A stretch of DNA of 32,000 nt from Alphaproteobacteria bacterium. Lineage in GTDB: Bacteria > Pseudomonadota > Alphaproteobacteria > Rs-D84. The notes beneath the pieces were generated by a model, which did not search any database, was not told where the DNA came from, and worked only from the letters and a program-made list of their open reading frames with translations. Both the position numbers and the translations under genes were made by a program. Below, one piece after another: positions 27,412-32,000 of the stretch (the stretch's first letter is position 1; each line of letters begins with the position of its first letter). The stretch is taken from assembly GCA_017475605.1 (NCBI GenBank), contig JAFVFD010000005.1:330001-362000 (forward strand), given 5' to 3'.

Positions 27412-27439
27412 AGTATAGCAATAAATTAGGAATTATCAA
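27412..27439 (-). promoter_or_regulatory. Putative rpoH promoter placed for a near-leaderless transcript
   Basis: The minus strand reads TTGATA-N16-TATACT. Only 9 nt (ATAAAAGTA) separate the -10 element from the ATG, and no SD is present. Confidence 0.35.
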
Positions 27440-27469
27440 GGGCACCATTAACGAACAGGAGAATATTCA

Positions 27470-28123
27470 ATGGCTTCCATTTTACAAAGAAACAAAGATT
27501 TAAAACCAAAACCCAAGAAAACCCGCGAAGAATACGCCGAAGACGCACTTTACCGCGAAGTTTGGGAAGAAGTAAACAACGATAAAACAACCGCTTTTAT
27601 CAAAAAATACTATCGTCAAATGCTGGCTGCGGCATTGGTAATAATGATTGCCGTAACCGGTATTCAAATTGGTATTCGCGAATATCGTGCGCGCCAAATT
27701 GCACGCGCAATCAATTATGAAACTGCGGTGGAAAATGTTGATGCGGCGGCCCTGGCATCAATTGGCGAAAACACATCGGGTGCAACGGCTGATTTAGCGC
27801 TGTTCCAGGCATATATGTTGACTGGCGATGCGGAAAAAATTGAAAAGTTGGCACGCGACGGTGATACACGCGATTTTCGTGATTTGGCGCGTTTACATGT
27901 AATTGGTATTCGTGGCGATGAAATGACAGGGGCGGATGTTGAAAAGTATTTGTCTGATTTGAATACAAAATCATCACCTTTCTATTATACCGCCATGTTA
28001 ACCATCGCGCAAAAGTATTTGTCCGAAGACAACCGCGATGCTGCAAACAAATGGCTGGATAAAATCATTAAGGATGAAAACGCACCGGCATCTATTTCCG
28101 GTACCGCACAAATGTTAAGATAA
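27470..28123 (+). CDS. YfgM-like membrane-anchored helical-repeat protein (tentative)
   Basis: 217 aa with a charged N-terminus, a single TM helix (MLAAALVIMIAVTGIQIGI) and a helical periplasmic part. It lies immediately upstream of a BamB-like gene, as yfgM does upstream of bamB in E. coli. The call rests on architecture and synteny only. Confidence 0.45.
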   Translation: MASILQRNKDLKPKPKKTREEYAEDALYREVWEEVNNDKTTAFIKKYYRQMLAAALVIMIAVTGIQIGIREYRARQIARAINYETAVENVDAAALASIGENTSGATADLALFQAYMLTGDAEKIEKLARDGDTRDFRDLARLHVIGIRGDEMTGADVEKYLSDLNTKSSPFYYTAMLTIAQKYLSEDNRDAANKWLDKIIKDENAPASISGTAQMLR

Positions 28124-28135
28124 AAGAAGTACAAT

Positions 28136-28870
28136 ATGCGTAAGAATGCGATTTTTTATGGTTTTGTGGGATTGATGGCGCTTTCCGCGTGCAGTAAACA
28201 CGACCCGATTTTACCGGGCGTACGCACATCTATTTTTGACACAACCACAATTAAAACAACAAACGATAAAATCGCATCTTTGCCAGATACCGCATTTGAA
28301 ATGCCCACAACCGATTGTCCGTACCGCCAGGATGCATCAAATATAATCTGGGCCGGCGAACGCAAAATATTTACCGGTTTTCCGACACCTAATTCGGTAA
28401 AAAATGATGCAAAACCGGTTTGCGTGGGAAATTATCTTTATGCGGGCCTTACAACAGGCGAATTGATAAAAATTAACCCACACACCCGTAACATTGTATG
28501 GATTGCCGATATTTACCGGGCAAGTAATATGACCGGTGGCGCATCCGTTTTGGATATTGTTTCCCCGATTGTTATTCGTGGGCAAAATGTCTATGCGGGG
28601 GGGCTGGGTGATGCGTTTTGTAAAATAAACGCTGGTACGGGCGCAAAAAAGTGGTGTGTTGAAATTGGTACCGCCGAACCATTTATCGTTGCTGATGGGG
28701 TAATTTTTGTTGTGGGAATTGATAATAAACTCTATGCCATTCGCGATACTGATGGCGCGGCATATTGGACCACAAATATTGAAAAGCAAAAATCACCAAA
28801 ATATGAAAACGGTGTTATTATGGTCGGTAAAGAAAAATTTGACGCATTAACCGGCAATAAAATCAAATAA
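28136..28870 (+). CDS. BamB-like outer-membrane lipoprotein with PQQ-type beta-propeller repeats, about half normal length
   Basis: 244 aa with a lipobox (LMALSA|C). It has four repeats of the G-x-hydrophobic-Y-x-G...W type: GNYLYAGLTTGELIKINPHTRNIVW, GQNVYAGGLGDAFCKINAGTGAKKW, DGVIFVVGIDNKLYAIRDTDGAAYW, NGVIMVGKEKFDALTGNKI. Confidence 0.55.
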   Translation: MRKNAIFYGFVGLMALSACSKHDPILPGVRTSIFDTTTIKTTNDKIASLPDTAFEMPTTDCPYRQDASNIIWAGERKIFTGFPTPNSVKNDAKPVCVGNYLYAGLTTGELIKINPHTRNIVWIADIYRASNMTGGASVLDIVSPIVIRGQNVYAGGLGDAFCKINAGTGAKKWCVEIGTAEPFIVADGVIFVVGIDNKLYAIRDTDGAAYWTTNIEKQKSPKYENGVIMVGKEKFDALTGNKIK

Positions 28871-28897
28871 AAAACACCGGCATTTGCCGGTGTTTTT
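28869..28897. terminator. Bidirectional intrinsic terminator, repeat-family copy 6 (BamB-like gene vs ABC permease gene)
   Basis: AAAAAA-CACCGGC-attt-GCCGGTG-TTTTT. Confidence 0.85.
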
Positions 28898-30113
28898 ATT
28901 CATATCTTAAACTGTCAATCGGGTTTAATTTTGCGGCCTTGAATGCCGGCACCACACCGGATGCCAGACCCACCACAACCGCAACGGTTACCGACAAAAT
29001 AACCGGCCAAAGTGAAAATGGCACATTATATCCCAACACAAACCGCCCCACCCCCTGGGACAGTCCAACACCGATAACCAAACCCGCCATTGAACCAATA
29101 AACGAAATCAAAATAGATTCAGACAAAAACTGAATAATTATCTGCTTTTCGCGGGCACCAATAGCCTTGCGAATACCTATTTCGCGCGTACGTTCCGCAA
29201 CCGATACCAGCATCATGTTCATAATTCCAATCGCGCCAACCAGCAATGACACCGCCGCAATCGCAATAAGCAACATTTTCATATACCCCGTAACCGTCGT
29301 CATGGTTTCCATAATCTGCTTCATATCCATAATTTGAAAGTCGTCTTCGACCCCGTCTTTCAATTTGTGCCGTTCGCGTAATAGTGATGTGATTTGATCT
29401 ATCACAATATTGTTGTCCGCATCAGAATATAATTTAAGACTTATCATTTGTACAGAATTAGGAAAACGACTGCCCTGGATGCGCTTTTTTAGTGTTGTTA
29501 TCGGAATTAAAATCATATCGTCCTGGGATCCCATGGCAGAATCGCCCTTGGCCTTGGTTACACCAATTACGGTAAGTGGTGTATTTTGTACACGAATTGT
29601 TTGCCCAACAGGATTTTTGGGCATACCCAATTCTTCGGCAGTTTCTGGTCCGATAACCGCATATGTTGATGCGTTGCGAACTGCCGAATTATTAAAAAAT
29701 GTTCCTTGCTCTATCTCGATATTTTGAACGGTTGTGTATCCTGGATACACCCCGATAAGTGATGTCGAAAGATTTTTGTTTCCGTATACAGCCTGGGCTG
29801 CGCCGTTTTGAACGGGGCTTACCGCGGCAACATCTGGCAACATCGCGATATATTCGGCATCATCAATAGTTAATGTTTGGCGGTTTCCTGTTCTTACGCC
29901 TGCACTCTGTGCCGCGCCGGCACGAATTATGATGGTGTTTGTCCCAAGGGATGAAAATTGGTCCGTAATTTGCTTTTCAACGGTTTCACCAACCGCAACC
30001 ATTATAACGACCGCCATAACCCCAATAACGATGCCCAGAACCGTCAGGAACGACCGAATTTTGTTCCCGCTAATAGACAACCACGATTCTTTTAAGATGT
30101 CGTTAAATGTCAT
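28896..30113 (-). CDS. MacB-type ABC transporter permease (MacB periplasmic domain plus FtsX fold)
   Basis: 405 aa. The N-terminus (ILKESWLSISGNKIRSFLTVLGIVIGVMAVV) is followed by a large periplasmic loop and three C-terminal TM helices with REIGIRKAIGA. Confidence 0.85.
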   Translation of the reverse strand: MTFNDILKESWLSISGNKIRSFLTVLGIVIGVMAVVIMVAVGETVEKQITDQFSSLGTNTIIIRAGAAQSAGVRTGNRQTLTIDDAEYIAMLPDVAAVSPVQNGAAQAVYGNKNLSTSLIGVYPGYTTVQNIEIEQGTFFNNSAVRNASTYAVIGPETAEELGMPKNPVGQTIRVQNTPLTVIGVTKAKGDSAMGSQDDMILIPITTLKKRIQGSRFPNSVQMISLKLYSDADNNIVIDQITSLLRERHKLKDGVEDDFQIMDMKQIMETMTTVTGYMKMLLIAIAAVSLLVGAIGIMNMMLVSVAERTREIGIRKAIGAREKQIIIQFLSESILISFIGSMAGLVIGVGLSQGVGRFVLGYNVPFSLWPVILSVTVAVVVGLASGVVPAFKAAKLNPIDSLRYE

Positions 30114-30859
30114 TTTTTGTGCACCCTTGCTTCCGATTTAGTAAGGACAGATTCCGATTTCGGTACCGGCCCATCATACGCGATATGCCCGTCATAAATA
30201 TGAATTATACGATGCGCATAACTGGCAATATCAAATTCGTGGGTAATCATGATAATAGTTATGCCTAAATCACGATTTAATTTTTCAAAGAACTTTAATA
30301 TCTCGTTTCCCATTTTGGAATCAAGTGCACCCGTTGGTTCGTCCGCCAAAATAATTTTCGGGTCGCCCGCCAACGCACGCGCAATTGCAACACGTTGTTT
30401 CATGCCACCGGACAATTGTGTCGGCAGATATGTTTCGAATTTTTCCAGCCCCACCAATTTTAACATTTCGCGTGCGCGCCGTACGCGTTCAGACATAGGC
30501 AGCCCGCGATACATTAACGGCAACATTACATTGTCCAACACACTTCGTTTAGGTAATAAATTAAAGTTCTGAAAAACGAAACCAATATATTCGTTTCGCA
30601 CACGCGCCAATTCGTCTGCATCCATGGTGGTAATATCGCGACCATATAATTCATATACACCCGATGTTGCGGAATCCAGCGCACCAATGATATTCATACA
30701 GGTTGATTTGCCCGAACCCGACGGTCCCATAATCGCGACAAATTCACCAACACGAATATCAATATCGATATCAAACAAAACCTGTTGTTCCCCGCCCATT
30801 TCAAGTGGGAAACTTTTACAGACTTTCCGCATAGAAACGACACTGTCAGATTTTTTCAT
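30110..30859 (-). CDS. ABC transporter ATP-binding protein (MacB/LolD-like)
   Basis: It has Walker A (GPSGSGKST), the signature LSGGMKQRVAIARAL and Walker B (ILADEPTGALD). Its stop overlaps the permease start. Confidence 0.92.
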   Translation of the reverse strand: MKKSDSVVSMRKVCKSFPLEMGGEQQVLFDIDIDIRVGEFVAIMGPSGSGKSTCMNIIGALDSATSGVYELYGRDITTMDADELARVRNEYIGFVFQNFNLLPKRSVLDNVMLPLMYRGLPMSERVRRAREMLKLVGLEKFETYLPTQLSGGMKQRVAIARALAGDPKIILADEPTGALDSKMGNEILKFFEKLNRDLGITIIMITHEFDIASYAHRIIHIYDGHIAYDGPVPKSESVLTKSEARVHKK

Positions 30860-30870
30860 TTTTCAATTCT

Positions 30871-32000
30871 TTACATTGGTGGACGTCCGCCGCCCATGCC
30901 ACCGCGATTGCCGTTTGTATTTGTCCGGGCACCCGTTGCGCCAACCTTGCCTATAACAATTTTATCGCCGTCAACGATACCATCAGATACGATTTCTGTT
31001 TCTGTTGCACCAACCAACCCCTTGGTATATTCAACAAATGTTATTTTTCCATCACGTAATATAGCCAGGTGTGTCGCCGGTGTTGCGCCATTTGTTTCCG
31101 CACCCAATGAATCAAAAGAACGAATCAAAAATGCCGAGTTTTGAACCTTGAATGTATTAAACCGTTCATCGACAATAATTGTTACAAATGCTGTCATCCC
31201 CGGCATCAATGAAAGGTCCGAATTATCAACTTCTATTACGACGGTATAAACAACAACATTTGATGTCGTTGTTGGCGAAAGGCGAATTTGATGTACACGC
31301 CCTTCAAATGTTTTGTTCGGGTATGCGTCAACTGTAAATGTTACGCGTTGACCTTCTTTGACGGCACCGATATCAGCCTCGGATACAGATGTTTCAATTT
31401 GCATTTTTGATAAATCTTCGGCGATTTCAAAAAGGTCTGGTGTTTGGAACGATGCCGCAACGGTTTGACCGACATCCACCTTGCGCGAAATAACAGTACC
31501 ATCAACCGGCGATGTAATTGTCGCATAGCCACGATTTGTTTTTGCGCGTTCATATTGCGATTTCATGCGAACAACATCTTGTTCGGCTTGTTCGTACGAT
31601 GCCTGGGCTTGTTCCATTTCTGCGCGCGCAATAAAGTCTGATTCGTACAATGTTTTTGCGCGTTCATATTCACTTTTTGCCAAACGCGCCTTGGACTGCG
31701 AACTGGTTAACGATGCTTCGGCTTCGCGTACCTGGGCCTCTAGCACTGATGGTTCAATAGTCAGCAATAAATCACCCTTTTTCACCTTGGAATTATAATC
31801 AACATAGATATTGTCAATTGTGCCAGATACCTGGGAACCAATGTTAACAGTATTTACAGGTTTGATTTCACCGGTTGCGCTTACAATTTGCCGCATATCG
31901 CCACGTGTAATCTCAACGGTGGAATAGCCTGCTTTTTCCGCCTTTTTGGTGCCACCAAAAATCATATTTGCGCCAATAACAATAACCGCAATAATCAGTA
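30871..32000 (-). CDS. HlyD/MacA-family periplasmic adaptor (membrane fusion protein), 5' end beyond the window
   Basis: It contains GEIKPVNTVNIGSQVSGTI, a long coiled-coil hairpin (EAQVREAEA...QAQASYEQAEQD) and beta-barrel domains. The frame stays open upstream of the track ATG (31965) to the window edge and encodes a TM-like ..LIIAVIVIGAN, so the true start is probably outside the window. Confidence 0.85.
   Translation of the reverse strand, partial: LIIAVIVIGANMIFGGTKKAEKAGYSTVEITRGDMRQIVSATGEIKPVNTVNIGSQVSGTIDNIYVDYNSKVKKGDLLLTIEPSVLEAQVREAEASLTSSQSKARLAKSEYERAKTLYESDFIARAEMEQAQASYEQAEQDVVRMKSQYERAKTNRGYATITSPVDGTVISRKVDVGQTVAASFQTPDLFEIAEDLSKMQIETSVSEADIGAVKEGQRVTFTVDAYPNKTFEGRVHQIRLSPTTTSNVVVYTVVIEVDNSDLSLMPGMTAFVTIIVDERFNTFKVQNSAFLIRSFDSLGAETNGATPATHLAILRDGKITFVEYTKGLVGATETEIVSDGIVDGDKIVIGKVGATGARTNTNGNRGGMGGGRPPM

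Noticed and set aside
30871-30960. Gly-rich C-terminal tail of the membrane fusion protein (GATGARTNTNGNRGGMGGGRPPM)
   Set aside because: Low-complexity tails occur on many HlyD/MacA-family adaptors, and there is no indication of a separate feature.

Overview
This window reads as a core-chromosome segment of a compact, moderately AT-rich genome that looks alphaproteobacterial. The lineage guess is inference from gene content: an RpoH-type sigma-32, a long type-2 (eukaryote-like) IleS, and shortened MnmG and BamB-like proteins. About 35 tightly packed genes are mostly housekeeping. They include mrdA(partial)-mreD-mreC, rpmI-rplT-pheS-pheT, nth, ileS, tRNA-Thr, mnmG-fabG-fabD-queH-metG, tRNA-Val, mreB, rnpA-yidD-accB-accC, rsmE, a pseudouridine synthase, a TPR protein, a porin, rpoH, YfgM-like and BamB-like proteins, and a MacAB-type MFP/ATPase/permease efflux set whose MFP gene is partial at the right edge. 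I saw no IS element, integrase, CRISPR array, rRNA or phage genes. Points worth follow-up: (1) a 10-codon leader ORF with four consecutive Ile codons, followed by an antiterminator/terminator pair, wedged between tRNA-Thr and ileS, which is a candidate ribosome-mediated attenuator; (2) an orphan VirD4/TraG-type type IV coupling protein among housekeeping genes; (3) six near-identical ACCGGC-ATTT-GCCGGT hairpins, each at a convergent gene junction; (4) an unlisted 55-codon ORF translationally coupled between metG and queH; (5) a decayed tandem tRNA-Val copy between the promoter and the intact tRNA-Val; (6) a YetF/DUF421 gene broken by a 1-nt deletion in a T run; (7) several smaller oddities, namely a hairpin just before pheS, rpoH-porin coupling, a half-size BamB, and possible leaderless mRNAs. 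All functional calls rest on my own reading of motifs and synteny. No database search was run.
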